DNA from: Macrostomum hystrix
Taxonomy: Eukaryota; Animalia; Platyhelminthes
Assembly: GCA_950097015.1 (NCBI GenBank)
Contig: CATNEN010000033.1
Span: forward strand, 3,596,001-3,660,000
Length of the DNA: 64,000 nucleotides
Direction: 5' to 3'
Position numbers and translations under genes: made by a program. This document shows, piece after piece, positions 49,130 to 62,808 of this stretch (within the stretch, counting starts at the first letter, position 1; each line of letters begins with the position of its first letter). The notes beneath the pieces are model-generated. The model was not told where the DNA came from, ran no database searches, and saw nothing but the letters and a program-made list of their open reading frames with translations.

Positions 49130-52100
49130 CCCAGCACAGACAGCCAGCACAGAGACAGACAGACAGACAGTCTAGTTGAGTAGTCCATTGAGAAGTCTTA
49201 CAATTAAGTCGATATTGTTAAGCAGCTACTGAAACTTTCCATTGAGTGTCTGCGTGTCGGTCCCAGAAGCGCACTGACTGCATAGTCATTAAGCAGTTTG
49301 CACGCATGCAGATAGCAGCTACACACACAGACACAGATAAGACAATTTTGAGCAACTGTACACTGTGCTGAGCGAAGCGATTTAAACCGCAAGTCTTATA
49401 GGAGCAAAGAAATTAGACTTAAAAAAAACTTGATTTCTACCTGAAAGAGAAAGACAATTTATTATGTCAATCTAAACTTGCTCCTCATCACGAGGCCTCG
49501 ACTTAATGGTTGAGCACACGACCTCACGGACCGTACAGACACGAACAGACAGGAATTTTTGCCTAATGGACAGACTGGAAGAGGCAGAGGTTCAGGTCAC
49601 GCGGAATCAATGGGCAAGCAGGTTTGGGATTAAATCCTATAGATTGGGGACAGGGGACAGGGGAGAGAAGGCTGACAATCCGACTGGCTGGTTTGGTCAG
49701 TGCTGGGAATTGGGAAATAAACATTTTTACTCCCATTCTGACAGAGTCGGGCTCACACAAACCGTACATCTCAAACACTGCCCTTTAACGCCTGATAGTT
49801 TCTGTGTCTAACAACTAAAATTGTAACTGTAGCAACGAAAAAAATTTTAAGTTAGATAGACAAACGACTAGATTCTATCTCTATTGCCATTTAGCAGAAT
49901 ATAAAAGAATATGAAAGGCCAGCGCACTCACCCAGCACGTCGAAGTCCGCGCCGTCGTGCCGACAGATCAGGCGCATCTTGAAGAATGACGTCAGCACAC
50001 GTGGGCTGGTCTGGTTGTTAATGGTCTGGCCTGGGTCGTTCAGGCAGACTCGAGACAGCCGCGTGAAGATGGGCATCTGGCGGGGTAGATGGGGATTTCT
50101 GGCTGAACAGTGTGTGAATGGGGAATGTGTGAATCGGTAATTCGTGAATGGGGAATGTGTGAATGGGGAATGTGTGAATGGGGAATGTGTGAATGGGGAA
50201 TGTGTGAATGGGGAATGTGTGAATGGGGAATGTGTGAATGGGGAATGTGTGAATGGGGAATGTGTGAATGGGGAATGTGTGAATGGAGAATGTGTGAATG
50301 GGGAATGTGTGAATGGGGAATGTGTGAATGGAGAATGTGTGAATGGGGAATGTGTGAATGGAGAATGTCTGAATGGGGAATGCGTGAATGGGGAATGTGT
50401 GAAGGCGAATGCGTGAATGGGGAATGTGTGAAGTTTAAATATTGAACGGGTGAGAAGGGAATGGGAAGTTTACACAGATTTTATGGCTTCTCATGTTACT
50501 ATTGTTATGTAAAAAAGAGCTCAAAAAGCTTAGTCTCATTAGCCGACACACAATGGGAAGAGAACAATGGACTTGAGTGCGCAGATTTTACAGCTGAAAT
50601 AGGATCCTTCTTATGGGATCCCATCTCGGATTCAATCCAACTTTGAGTGGCACAATCTTCGAAATTGGCACAATGTCTTCTCAAATTGAGAAAAATCTTC
50701 GCCCCTCTGTTTGCCTTCGGCCGGAGAATTTTCCATGGAATATTTACCCACACTTTTTGCTGAGCCACTAAATTACTGCACAGCTTGAGCAACAGCTTGC
50801 AGGGCCTCAGAAAAAAGGGAGAGAATAAGAGAGCGGAAGGAGAGACTGGAAGGAGAGAGCGGCAGGAGAGGGCGGAAGGAGAGGGCGGAAGGGGAGGGCG
50901 GAAGGAGAGGGCGGAAGGGAGAGCGGAAGAAGAGAACCGAAGGAGGAGGCGGAAGGAGAGAGTGGAAGGAGAGAGCGGAATGAGAGAGCGGAAGGAGAGG
51001 GCGGATAGAGAGGGTGGAAGAAGAGAGCGGAAGGAGAGAGCGGAAGGAGAGGGCGGATGGAGAGGGCGGATGGAGAGGGCGGAAGGAGAGAGCGGAAGGA
51101 GAGGGTGGAAGGAGAGGGCGGATGGAGAGGGCGGAAGGAGAGAGCGGAAGGAGAGAGCGGAAGGAGAGAGCGGAAGGAGAGAGCGGAAGGAGAGGGTGGA
51201 TAGAGAGGGCGGAAGGAGAGGGCGGAAGGAGGGGGCGGAAGGAGAGAGCGGAAGGAGAGAGCGGAAGGAGAGGGCGGAAGGAGGGGGCGGAAGGAGAGAG
51301 CGGAAGGAGAGAGCGGAAGGAGAAAGCGGAAGGAGAGGGCGGATGGAGAGGGCGGAAGGAGAGAGCGGAAGGAGAGGGTGGAAGGAGAGGGTGGAAGGAG
51401 AGGGCGGATGGAGAGGGCGGAAGGAGAGAGCGGAAGGAGAGAGCGGAAGGAGAAAGCGGAAGGAGAGGGCGGATGGAGAGGGCGGAAGGAGAGAGCGGAA
51501 GGAGAGAGCGGAAGGAGAAAGCGGAAGGAGAGGGCGGATGGAGAGGGCGGAAGGAGAGAGCGGAAGGAGAGAGCGGAAGGAGAAAGCGGAAGGAGAGGGC
51601 GGATGGAGAGGGCGGAAGGAGAGAGCGGAAGGAGAGAGCGGAAGGAGAGGGCGGAAGGAGAGAATTTCGCTCAGAAAGCGGAACTGGCAAACTCAGATAC
51701 GTGCTGCGCTTTTCGAAGAAAAGCAACCAAAAGCAACAATCACCCTTTCCTTTTCCTTCTCTCTCGCATTTTAAACTCTAGTCAACAAGTGGATGACTCA
51801 GTCAGTGAAGCCAGTAAATTCTTGGTTGCACAGGGTGTGGGGTAAGTGTGCAGTAGACTATAGAGAGAGTTGCACAAGCTTCAATACCACAGCCGCATTC
51901 AATGCTAATGAGCAAAGGTTCTTCTGGGTCAATTCTGACCTTTGTCTTTGTTGGTAGGTGTGTCTTACGTTGCATTCTCAGTATAGATTTACGAGTATTA
52001 AACTGCGTTTAAAATTCAAAGTTTCTTCTTGTAAAGTTTGTCCTACCCAATGCCATAATACAGAACAGGCTGTAGCCCTGTACAAGTGGCAGCATCTTAC

Positions 52101-53635
52101 TATTTTTATGTTGAAAAAAATAGAGAAAAAGAAAGGCAGGGCCTACTATAAATGGAAAGCTCTGAGTAGCGGAGACACGCTGCACACAGCGAAGCAGTGG
52201 AAAGACAGAAAGCAATTAACAGGCAATTATGCAGTGGGGGCGAGTTTCGCCTCTAGCACAGACGAGAACAGAATTTGGCGCATTTGGCCAATGCCGCCGC
52301 GCTCAACCATTGTGTTACATGCAATTATTGGGACCAAGATTGGAGCTTGGCTACATTCCCAGCGATCCGCCGCGCTCAACCATTGTGTTACATGCAATTA
52401 TTGGGACCAAGATTGGAGCTTGGCTACATTCCCAGCGATCCGATCCGAGTCGTGAGATTCTGACTGCCAAGGCCCATTCCTTGTTGCTGATGATCTAAGA
52501 CTCTAAACGACTGCCTTTTAACATCTTCTAAAAGCTAAACTTAACTAGTCAATGGTTCTCTCAGGGTTCCAAACTGAGCTATTATAGCCACTGGTGAGAA
52601 ACTGTTATGCCAGACAGAGAGAGACAGAATGACAGACTTGGCGGACAGACCTTGACCAGGCCGGGTCGCTCTCCGTCGTTGATGCTATCTACATAGTTTC
52701 TGGTTTCAACCGCGGGCTCGGTGTACACTGTGTACAGCCGGTCGCCGGCCTCGTGCATCAGGTGGGCGCGGGCGTCGCGCGCCATCCAGAGTGCCCGACT
52801 TCGGCGCGCGTTCAGATCGGCGGTGGTGAAGCCGATTTTCGCGAAGGCGGGCCCGGTCAGCTCCACCAGGTCCGTTTGGTCTCGTATCGGCGGCAGGGCG
52901 GCGAAGAACACGCAGGAGCCAGCGTCGGCTCGCTTCAGGGACAGCGGCGGTCGCTGCGACTTCCCTGCTGATGCGAACGAAGGCGGCAAGAGGACGGTGC
53001 TGATCTCCCGGCTGACTGGAGTTGTAGACGCGGGCCTCCAGGCATCTTCGCCGCGAAGCCCCCGACGATCAAACTGATGGCAGGCGTGGTTTCCTGAGCC
53101 GACGACGGCGCAGACGAAAACGGTGTCGCTGGAATTTCCTGGAAAGTAGACGCTGCGCACCAGGGCACCGCCTGCGCCGTCGGTTCTGACGAGTCTGGCA
53201 GCTGCCGCGGGCCATTTGGCCACCTTGGCTACCTGGCTGAGGTTGGCAGACAGCACCTGGTACACGGCATCCCTGCAATACAGTTTTCTGTTTCAGCGGC
53301 CGGTTGATGATAACTCAATACTGAATTTTAAAAAATGGAATGACATCATTCACTCACCGGCCGCCAAGGTACAGATGATTGCCGTTCTCAGCCAGCAGTG
53401 ACAAGCCCTGACCAGGCAGTGACAACTGTTCCATGCTGCCTTGTAAATCTGAAAAAAGAGATAGTGGAAATTCTTTACTATATTATCAAATTGCAACTAG
53501 TAAACATTTGGACAGCAGCAATCTGACTTGCCAACCTTGCGCTGTGAAAATTCTCATGCTTCTCATCTCGTAAATCCCGCAAACTGACAGCACAAAGCTG
53601 CCAATTAGAGTGACCATTAGGAGGAGTCGAGACAT
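42408..53635 (-). CDS. Divergent transmembrane semaphorin (signal peptide-Sema-PSI-TM), join of 53536..53635, 53358..53448, 52651..53272, 49932..50076, 48158..48616, 46681..47061, 42408..43231; 873 aa
   Basis: Signal peptide MSRLLLMVTLIGSFVLSVCG; Sema motifs HLYLGGRDAVY, YTEPAVE, RLSRVCLND...TSFFKMRLIC, AICRF and IIGWDTGEV; PSI CADCALLGDPFCAW; TM GAFLGALVGASLIAFLFGVAIGVG. All GT-AG with consistent phases (2622 nt); AATAAA about 55 nt past the stop. Confidence 0.85.
43250..44240. repeat. 24-bp minisatellite GTTGATGGCTGTGTTGTTGTCTTT, adjoining the last semaphorin acceptor
   Basis: Direct inspection. Confidence 0.95.
44810..45205. repeat. About 16-bp pyrimidine-rich repeat CTCTCAGCTTCTCCCC
   Basis: Direct inspection. 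Confidence 0.94.
45374..45421. repeat. (CAG)n microsatellite, intronic
   Basis: Direct inspection. Confidence 0.95.
46105..46645. repeat. 38-bp minisatellite GGAATAGATTAGCAATCCATTCTACTTCTTCATCCACA, next to a semaphorin donor
   Basis: Direct inspection. Confidence 0.95.
47829..48164. repeat. 22-bp minisatellite that contains the semaphorin 5' splice site (minus strand GGTTGGG|GTGAGCTGACAGTCA)
   Basis: About 15 units; the first overlaps the exon end at 48158. Confidence 0.93.
49052..49170. repeat. (GACA)n microsatellite
   Basis: Direct inspection. Confidence 0.93.
50110..50430. repeat. 15-bp minisatellite GTGAATGGGGAATGT, just upstream of a semaphorin acceptor
   Basis: Direct inspection. 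Confidence 0.95.
50820..51660. repeat. 13-bp purine-rich repeat GAGAGCGGAAGGA
   Basis: Direct inspection. Confidence 0.95.
52294..52442. repeat. 73-bp tandem duplication, intronic
   Basis: CCGCCGCGCTCAACC...CAGCGAT begins at 52294 and again at 52367. Confidence 0.9.
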
Positions 53636-55780
53636 GCCCCTCATTCTTCAATTGTTATATTCAGTGGGTTCAACTACCCACGACCTTGTTCAGGGGATTT
53701 TAGCGGTGTTTAACTAATTTAGCCAATGAACAGTTTGTAAACATATGCTGCAAGAGTAGAGAATGGGTTGATTTTTATTTGTTGTTTAACTGAATCACAA
53801 TTGTTTTCATATATACAGGGAATTATTAGCCAATATTTGTAAATGAATTGTTTATTTGAAATGAAAAGTAAGCTATTGTTGGAATAGAATGAGCCTATTC
53901 AATTTTTTAATCAATGTTCTAAGTTTAATCTAAAAATATTAATGAAAAAGGATATTTATTTTTTGAAACCTATTTATTTTACTAATAGATGGAATAGTCA
54001 AATACAGAAGTCTATAATATTTTTAATTTCTGAATGGCTCTACAGACAAAGCTATTCTTAGGACAAACAACATATATTCGTCTTTTCGACAAGCTTACTC
54101 ATTCTTAATAAACCTTTATACTGTGGTTATAGATAAATATCAAAGTTTTTTGATATTGCACTTAAAGATAATTGCACACATAGCTAATATTTACTCAATA
54201 AAATCGATATGAACACTTGAACAGTAACTGTAATATTGAATTAAGTGTTTTAAGGAACGATAAAAATTATTACATATAATTATTGCATATAATATGATCG
54301 TGTATATAATTTTTATATTTAAATGTAATTTTTTTATATCTTACGTTGACTTCGAGAAGTTGTCAAAATACATTAGATTTTCAACATAGATATATACAAA
54401 TAACATTTCACTTAAGTCTAGAGAGCGCACGAGTAGGTCCGAAAGGCGAATCAAATAATGCTTATATTTCATGGTCACTGGACACCGTGCTAATATGTAT
54501 CGCATTAATTATATAGTTACATGCATTTTTATATCGCTTTTCGAGGCTATCCGTATTCTTGAATATATATCACAAGATGTAATCTTATAGAAAATACAAA
54601 ATGTTTTGTTATACTATGGCTCATCTCCGGTATTAAGACCAACAATTTTAGACTGCAGTTGATGTGAGATAACTAGGCGGCATTGAAACACTTTTTGTTC
54701 GCTTGGATTACTGTATCGTTTTGGGTAGCTTTGTCACTCAATGTAAAAATGTAACAATGTTAGTACTGGATCTTCTAGTGGTCCTTGCTGGATCTCTGCC
54801 TGCGACCTGAGCAAAATAGGTTACGGCCCTATCCCATCAAGCGCTGTCTGGAGCTTGTGCTGGGCTGTTGCAGTTGTTTTCGATGTAAATATTATGGCTA
54901 TACGTATCTAAATTGATAAAATATGATATAATTGATGGACGAATAATTCGAAAATATTTTATTATGCATCCGGATTAATCAAAAGACCAACATTGAAGCG
55001 AAATTACGAAACCGTTTTTTTATATTTTTCCGCGAATGATGATTGAAATGGTTAATTATCAAACTGTTTAGTAGGTCAAAAATTACTCGTACCGTACTAT
55101 ATAATTGCATGTTTCACTCGGAACCAAATGGGTGGCAGGCACAGCACGGCTGGAGACTCGAATAAAATTTTTATTTCCAATGATTCTGGCACTGATAAAG
55201 GAGTAATTTTTTCTGAAATCTTTAGCAATGATAGATACGAGCGCGAATTATAGCAAAAACAGTATAGAAGGCAAAAATTTATGATCCAGCTTTCTTCACT
55301 GCTTTCAGTCAATAGTCTCCGCTTAAGCAAAAGAATAAGTTACTTTAACAAAGTAAAAACCATTTGCAATCACATCGTTGACAACACAATTAAATTAGTT
55401 CTTAAGAAATACAAAGTCTGCTTAAATAGGAAACGTGATGATTGTCATATCGTTGTCAAGATTTAGAACCGACGTGTCTAAATCTATTAGAAAAGACGGA
55501 TTTTGCAAGTGGTACAAGTAATTTAAAAAAGTGGTGCGGCTGGGTTGCGGCTAGCGAAACGTGCGTGATTTAGAACACAGAACCGATCATTTTAACAAAA
55601 AGATCAACCCGCAGGCATATGAAATTCATCTTCAGTAAGCTAACCCTTTGATGCATCCGCTTCACTGGAATTTACACTTGGCAAGGATTACAACATGCAT
55701 TCTATAATAAATGTCATAAATCGTGAATCAGTGTATTGCGTGAAGATGTACTTCGTCTGCCATTTAGTGCTTCCGTTCCG

Positions 55781-57225
55781 TCAGCACTGATTGGGGCCAC
55801 GGTCCCCGGACTGACTTTTGTGCACCTCCGAGTAGATTTCATCGCATTCAAGTGACTCAACGGTGGTTGCCTCCGTTGGCGGATCGTACAGGTCCTCGCG
55901 AGACGCCTCCGTCTGGCTAGCAGACTTCGCCGCCTCGCCGATTTCAGTTTCGGCCTGATCGTTGGCGTCGCTATTGGCAGCCTCGTCAGACGAGCTGTTA
56001 GCAATGCTCTCAGCTCCCTTCTGCAACAGCAGCTGGACGCCACAGACCAGGCCGGAGACGTACACAAGGCCCAGAAGCATCCACACCGTCAGCAATATCT
56101 TGTAGGGAATCGATCGAAGCTTCTGCGCTGGATGGGCGGGCGGATGTCAGCGATGCGATAATTATCTATTGCTGGCGGACCTTGTCTGACTTTACACAAT
56201 GACCTCGCGCTCTGGACCATAAATACTGCATTCTCGAAAAAAATCCCGACTTTATCTACTACTGTGCTGTCTACTAGATAGTAGTCTGAAGTGAATATAC
56301 ATTTCTAGGAACAAAATAAATAACTTGCCTGGAATATAGTCGCCAAAGCCGATGGTGGTGAGGGTGATGAGGCAATAGTAGACCCCGGTGCCGAAGTTCC
56401 AGCCCTCCAAAGACTCGAACGCCAGCGAAGGCAGGACAAAGCACAGCAGGGTGCCGAGGGCCACGTACAGGCAGCAGAGCACCAGCTTGGCTAGAAACAG
56501 TCTCTCCTTCCAGTAGGATCGGGCCATGAACCATTCGCCCAGCAGTTTGAGCTGGTCTGCCATCAGTGTGAGCAGCATAGCCATAAGCGGGATGCCTATC
56601 AGGGCGTACAGGCAGCAGAAGCCGCGCCCCAGGAAGGTCACGGGCGCCAGATCTCCGTAGCCAACTGTGGTGATGACGGTCGAGCTGAAGTAGAGAGCGC
56701 TGTCGAAGTCCCACCGGTTTGTGGCGGCCAGAGTGCCGTTGGGAGTCACCCCGGACAGGTCCGACACCAGGCCAGTCATGCCAGACAGGAAACTGGCGAG
56801 ACTGCTCGCGTCCACGCAGGGGAATCTCTCTGCGAGCGGGATTCAATCCAGTGTCATGTTTGAGACTGGGGATCTGAGAACAGGATGGGAGACTGGGGAT
56901 CTGAGAACAGGATGGGAGACTGGGTATCTGAGAACAGAGTAAGAGACTGGGGATCTGGGAACAGGAAGAGAGACTGGGGATTTGGGAACAGGATGGGAGA
57001 CTGGGGATCTGGGAACAGGATGGGAGACTGGGGATCTGGGAACAGGATGGGAGACTGGGGATCTGGGAACAGGATGGGAGACTGGGGATCTTTGGACAGG
57101 ATGGGAGACTGGGGGTCTGGGAACAGGATGGGAGACTGAGGATCTGAAAAGAGAACTGGTTGGTAAATAATCTGCTACTACTACTACTGCTACTGTTACT
57201 ACTACTACTACTACTACTGCTACTG

Positions 57226-57266
<41 letters not shown>

Positions 57267-57279
57267 GCTACTGCTACTG

Positions 57280-57342
<63 letters not shown>

Positions 57343-60300
57343 GTTTATTTAGTACTACTGCTATTGTTGCTACCGCCGCAGTTGAAGTCAACAAATTGTA
57401 ACGCAGTACTCAGTTGTTAAACACTGCCACTGTATCAATTAGCTCTAACATCCTCAGACTAATTGTTTGCCATTAGCAATTCTAGGAGTCTCAATTTTCT
57501 GATAGAAATAGAGAGGAGTAAGCACTTTTAGCAAACTGCATTAGCAATGTGCGAATCTGCCAGCTGTTGATTGACTATTGCCGTGGGCCAAATTTCAGTA
57601 AATATTCATTTGCAGAATGGTGCTAAAGTATGCAGTGACGGACACGACAGCTGCAAGCAAACAGCAGCTGGATTGGGGTTCGTTTATACTGAGCAGACAT
57701 GTGGGGCAGATGTACTAATCCGCGATTATCATAGTAAAGCCTCTGTACCGTTGCCAGTACGGGCTTTGTACTTTGGACTATTCCCTTAGCTAAGCTTGCC
57801 AAATTGTGGAGCTCAACTTATAGGCAGCGATTGTGTGCTCAGCAATAGGGGCCGGCTTTTGCAGCTGAGCAAGCAAACGGGAGAAATTTCTTAAAACGAA
57901 AAACTATTTCCCAAAAATCCCCTTTTGAACCGTTCGCGTCACTTAGCAGAAGCCGAGTAGAAAACAAGTTTAGGGATTTCTCCTTGGGGAAATCTGTTAA
58001 AATCGAACGACCAGACCTCTCAAACCTAATATTAGCTTTGAGTTACGCAAACATTTGCTGCCAGAATTCGGCTCTGCTGATACAGGCTTGGCTTATAGCA
58101 GCCGGCGCTAACTCCATTGGGCGAACTATTGATGGGAGATCATGGTCAGTTGCATTTGTATTTGCTATCTGGATATAGTGTAGCTAAGGCAGGGATGAGT
58201 GTCCTTGAGCTCGCTTCCCTGGCGAAGCCACACTCATTTGGGGCGCAGTGGGGAGTGAAGGCTTGGAGGCTTGTCGTGCAATTGACGCTTGAGGGATTGA
58301 GGGAATGGGAATCAGATCCCATTTGAGGACTTGGGTTTCTATTGGGTGTCTAATCGAATTCGAGAAAAAAAATGGCTTGCGGTTGATCTACGAATGGTGG
58401 ATTTTGCTCAGATTGAGGATTACCTATGGATTGGGGAATCAGCTAACTATTTGGGAGTTATCAAGGGATTGGGAATTGGGAATCGAATCCCAAAAAAGCG
58501 CCACGAAAGCCTCACCGAGGAATTGCGTCAGCAGGAGCTCAGCCGAGCGATGCCGCTCGAGCGCTGCCTGCCGTTCCATGGCCGAGAAAACGGCGGCGCC
58601 TAGAAACGTGTACGCAACCACAGAAGCCAAAAACAGCGCGGCCCGCCGGCCCTGGCTGCTCCGGCCCCGGCAGGTGCGCAGAGCGGCGCCCAGACCGCTT
58701 GAGCACAGCGCGGCGTCCGGCTCCCTGCGGTCGATTGGGATTCTGAATTTGGGATTCCAGTGACTGTATTCTGTGATCCTATTAACTGTTCTAGGATTCC
58801 AGTGACTGTATTCTGTGATCCTATCAACTGTTCTAGGATTCCAGTGACTGTATTCTGTGATCCTATTAACTGTTCTAGGATTCCAGTGACTGTATTCTGT
58901 GATCCTATTAACTGTTCTAGGATTCCAGCGACTGTATTCTGTGATCCTATTAACTGTTCTAGGATTCCAGCGACTGTATTCTGTGATCCTATTAACTGTT
59001 CTAGGATTCCAGTGACTGTTCTAGGATTCCAGTGACTGTTCTAGGATTCCAGTGACTGTGTTCTGTGATCCTATAAACTGTTCTAGGATTCCAGTGACTG
59101 TTCTAGGATTCCAGTGACTGTTCTAGGATTCCAGTGACTGTGTTCTAGGATTCCAGTGACTGTTCTAGGATTCCAGTGACTGTTCTAGGATTCCAGTGAC
59201 TGTTCTAGGATTCCAATGAATGTGCTAGGATTCCAGTGACTGTTCTAGGATTCCAGTGACTGTGTTCTAGGATTCCAGTGACCGTGTTCTAGGATTACAG
59301 TGACTATTCTAGGATTCCAGTGACTGTTCTAGGATTCCAGTGACTGTGTTCTAGGATTCCAGTGACTGTTCTAGGATTCCAGTGACTGTTCTAGGATTCT
59401 AGTGACTGTTCTAGGATTCCAGTGACTGTGTTCTAGGATTCCAGTGACTGTTCTAGGATTCCAGTGACTGTTCTAGGATTCCAGTGACTGTTCTAGGATT
59501 CCAGTGACTGTTCTAGGATTCCAGTGACTGTGTTCTAGGATTCCAGTGACTGTGTTCTAGGATTCCAGTGACTGTTCTAGGATTCCAGTGACTGTTCTAG
59601 GATTACAGTGACTGTTCTAGGATTCCAGTGACTGTTCTAGGATTCCAGTGACTGTTCTAGGATTACAGTGACTGTTCTAGGATTACAGTGACTGTGTTCT
59701 AGGATTCCAGTGACGGTTCTAGGATTCCAGTGACTGTTCTAGGATTCCAGTGACTGTTCTAGGATTCCAGTGACTGTTTTAGGATTACAGTGACTGTGTT
59801 CTAGGATTACAGTGACTGTTCTAGGATTACAGTGCTTGGATTCCGGGACTATAAGTGTATGCAGAGCTAAAGCTTTCACATTGTCGATGCTGCAAGCATA
59901 AAGGTGACTAATGTTTCAAGCAATGCTTCTTCGATCGTAAAATAACTGAAATAAAGGAAAAAATCAAGTACGAGAATGGAAATGAACTTTTATGATTCAA
60001 TGAACTAAAGTCACAATATTTATAATATTATTCAGCCAGGAACACTTCCGCGTGTATGTATGAAGTCTATTTTAGTGCAGGCCGGGCAGTCTGTCTGGAA
60101 TGCTGTGAAATCAAATTGAAGAACAAAAAACGAATTAACGATTCCCTTTGAGTAGTTTGAGATGTTTTTCAACACGCAGAAGAGTTTTTCGCATTGGAAA
60201 TCAAGACTTTAATATAAAACAATGGGTCCCGTTAAGGTCTTCCTCGATTGGAAGAGTTCACAAGAGGAATTGCCCATCGAGATTGGATTCTTAACAGAGT

Positions 60301-62808
60301 AAAGAATTCCTCCACTGAGAAAGGATTCCCCACTGATAAAGGATTCCCCAATGAGTAGGGATTCCCCCACTGAGAAAGGATTCCCTACTGTGATGGGATT
60401 CCCCATCGAGAAAGGATTCTCCACTGAGAAAGGATTCCCCACTGAGTAGGGATTCCCCCACTAAGAAAGGATTCCCCACTGATAAAGGATTTCCCACTGA
60501 GAAAGGATTCCCCACTGATAAAGGATTCCCAAATGAGTAGGGATTCCCCCACTGAGAAAGGATTCCCTACTGAGATGGGATTCCCCATCGAGAAAGGATT
60601 CTCCACTGAGAAAGGATTCCCCACTGAGTAGGGATTCCCCCACTGAGAGAGGATTCTCTACTGGGATGGGATTCCCCATCGAGAAAGGATTCTCCACTGA
60701 GAAAGGATTCCCCACTGAGTTAGGATTCGCAATTAATCCGTTCGCAAAATAAATAAGCAAAGAAAGTATTTCTTGATGTAGAACTGATTTCCCCAGACAA
60801 AATATATTTCCCCGCTTAGAAGGGATTCCCATAAACAAAGGACAGGCAGAAAGGATTCCTCACTTGATAGGAATTCCTGATTAAGAAATGACTCTCACCG
60901 AGAAGGTATTCCCACTTAGAAGGGATTCCCACTGAGAAAAAATTATCCACTCAGAAGGGATTCCCCGTTGAGAAGGAATTCCCTAATGAAAAGGGATTCC
61001 GCACTGAGAAGGGATTCCCGCATGATTTTTGCTCAATTTAGTTCAGGATAATTTTTAGTTCAGGAGTAGGTTTCTAGCAGACTGGGCAGAAGCATGAGCA
61101 AACAATAGGAAACCAGATACAGGAAAAATTTTTGGCTTGGCTGAGAGAATTCAGCAGTGACTAAAGCAATGCAAATACCTGCTTTGTGCTTATTTTTTCA
61201 TTAAACAATGAGACTTAACCTGGGCTCCAACAATCACAGCATGCAACTGTGATTGTCACGGCAACCAGGGTTTCTGGCGTGCAGCAGACTTTAGCATTTG
61301 GTGACACGGCAGAATGTGCTATGAGAAGGACAGGGGACTGAAGCGATGGAAGGCGGGATGTCCGGGCGGCCATTGAGCAAACTCACTGGGTAGAGTAGTA
61401 ACGGTAGCGGACAAGGACAAATTCATTAACACACGGTACTGCGATAGTCTAGTGATTAAATCACACGCATCATTGTGAACATGTCTCATTGTCTGACGCT
61501 TTATCGAAATCAGACAAGAACTGTGACATATAGGACACAGGACACACACAAAGGACACAGGACACACACAAGGGGCACAGGACACACACAAAGGACACAG
61601 GACACACAAGGGGCACAGGACACACATAAGGGGCACAGGACATACACAAGGGGCACAGGACATACACAGAGGATACTGGACACACACACAGAATACTGGA
61701 CACACACAGAGGATACAGGAGACACACAGGACACACACACAGAATACTGGACACACACAGAGGATACAGGAGACACAGAGGACACACACAGAGGATACAG
61801 GAGACACACAGGACACACACAGAGGATACAGGAGACACACAGGACACACACAGAATACTGGACACACACAGAGGATACAGGAGACACACAGGACACACAC
61901 AGAGGATACAGGAGACACAGAGGATACAGGAGACACAGAGGATACAGGAGACACAGAGGACACACACAGAGGATACAGGGGACACACAGGACACACACAC
62001 AGGATACAGGGCACATACAGAGGATACAGGAGACACACAGAGGATACAGGAGACACACAGAGGATACAGGAGACACACAGAGGATACAGGAGACACAGAG
62101 GATACAGGGGACACACAGGACACACACAGAGGATACAGGGGACACACAGGACACACAGGATACAGGACACATACAGAGGATACAGAATGAACACAGAGGA
62201 CAAAGGAATGAGGTTTCTTAAGTGTCTGAAATCCGAATAAAGCTAAAAGTGCAAATCAGAACCAGACTCCATGCAAACCTACCATGCGTTTGTTGGAGGC
62301 ATCTGGGACACCAGAGAGCCAATTGAGGCCTGTGATCTACCACAGAAAAAAGGCAAGAGCTCAAACTAAGCTGCTTCCACCACTGAAGGCAATTGCTCAA
62401 TAAAAGCAGGTAAATACTCGTAGGTGTGAGTTGCAGACATTTGCGCCAATCAGGCAGTCCACTGGCTGCACTGCTGTACGGGTGGCCACTCTGCTCTGAT
62501 CATGGTCTCTGCTCATTGGGATGCGGGCATTGCGATAGGAAATTAACCTCATTTTGGATAGGTTCTGCTCAAAATCCGCCAACTCAGTTCAGTTGATTTC
62601 AAAAGAGCTTTCAGTTGAGCTCTTGTTCAAAGACCGTCTTTTCACGGTTTTAATTCGCAGTCCCTCTGTTCCCGCTGGTGGCAGCCTGACACGGCTGGCT
62701 TCCGACCTTGACCTTGGCTGGGTCAGCCGACTACTTCGAGTAGTGACCTACTTCAAACTGAGCTTTCTCTTACCGCCGATCGAATTCGGCTGATGAAGTT
62801 CTTGCCAT
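55781..62808 (-). CDS. Two-pore-domain (K2P/KCNK) potassium channel, join of 62774..62808 (tentative first exon), 58516..58724, 56329..56829, 55781..56127; about 363 aa
   Basis: TM1 LFLASVVAYTFLGAAVFSAME; P1 WDFDSALYFSSTVITTVGYGD; P2 GVYYCLITLTTIGFGDY; TM4 KILLTVWMLLGLVYV. The intron at 56328 begins GC (CAG|GCAAGT). The first exon is inferred only from an ATG, a GTAAGA donor and the required phase 2, so it is lower confidence. Confidence 0.88.
56860..57140. repeat. 27-bp minisatellite GGGAGACTGGGGATCTGGGAACAGGAT
   Basis: Ends about 30 nt before the K2P acceptor at 56830. Confidence 0.94.
57172..57340. repeat. (CTA)n/(CTG) microsatellite
   Basis: Direct inspection. Confidence 0.95.
58752..59835. 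repeat. 20-bp minisatellite GGATTCCAGTGACTGTTCTA with 42-bp variant units
   Basis: Ends about 25 nt before the K2P acceptor at 58725. Confidence 0.95.
60300..60720. repeat. About 18-bp degenerate repeat CTGAGAAAGGATTCCCCA
   Basis: Direct inspection. Confidence 0.9.
61540..62190. repeat. Degenerate GACACACAGAGGATACAGGA repeat
   Basis: Direct inspection. Confidence 0.93.

Noticed and set aside
52485-52578. C/D-box snoRNA (TGATGA...CTGA)
   Set aside because: Antisense to the host intron, no convincing terminal stem and no recognisable guide.
54415-54450. Hammerhead ribozyme-like GTCCGAAAGGCGAA
   Set aside because: No CTGATGA core or stems I/III; it may be a decayed repeat hairpin.
61218-61372. 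Alternative first exon of the K2P gene (MAARTSRLPSL...)
   Set aside because: It ends in phase 1, while the next exon needs phase 2; 62774..62808 fits instead.
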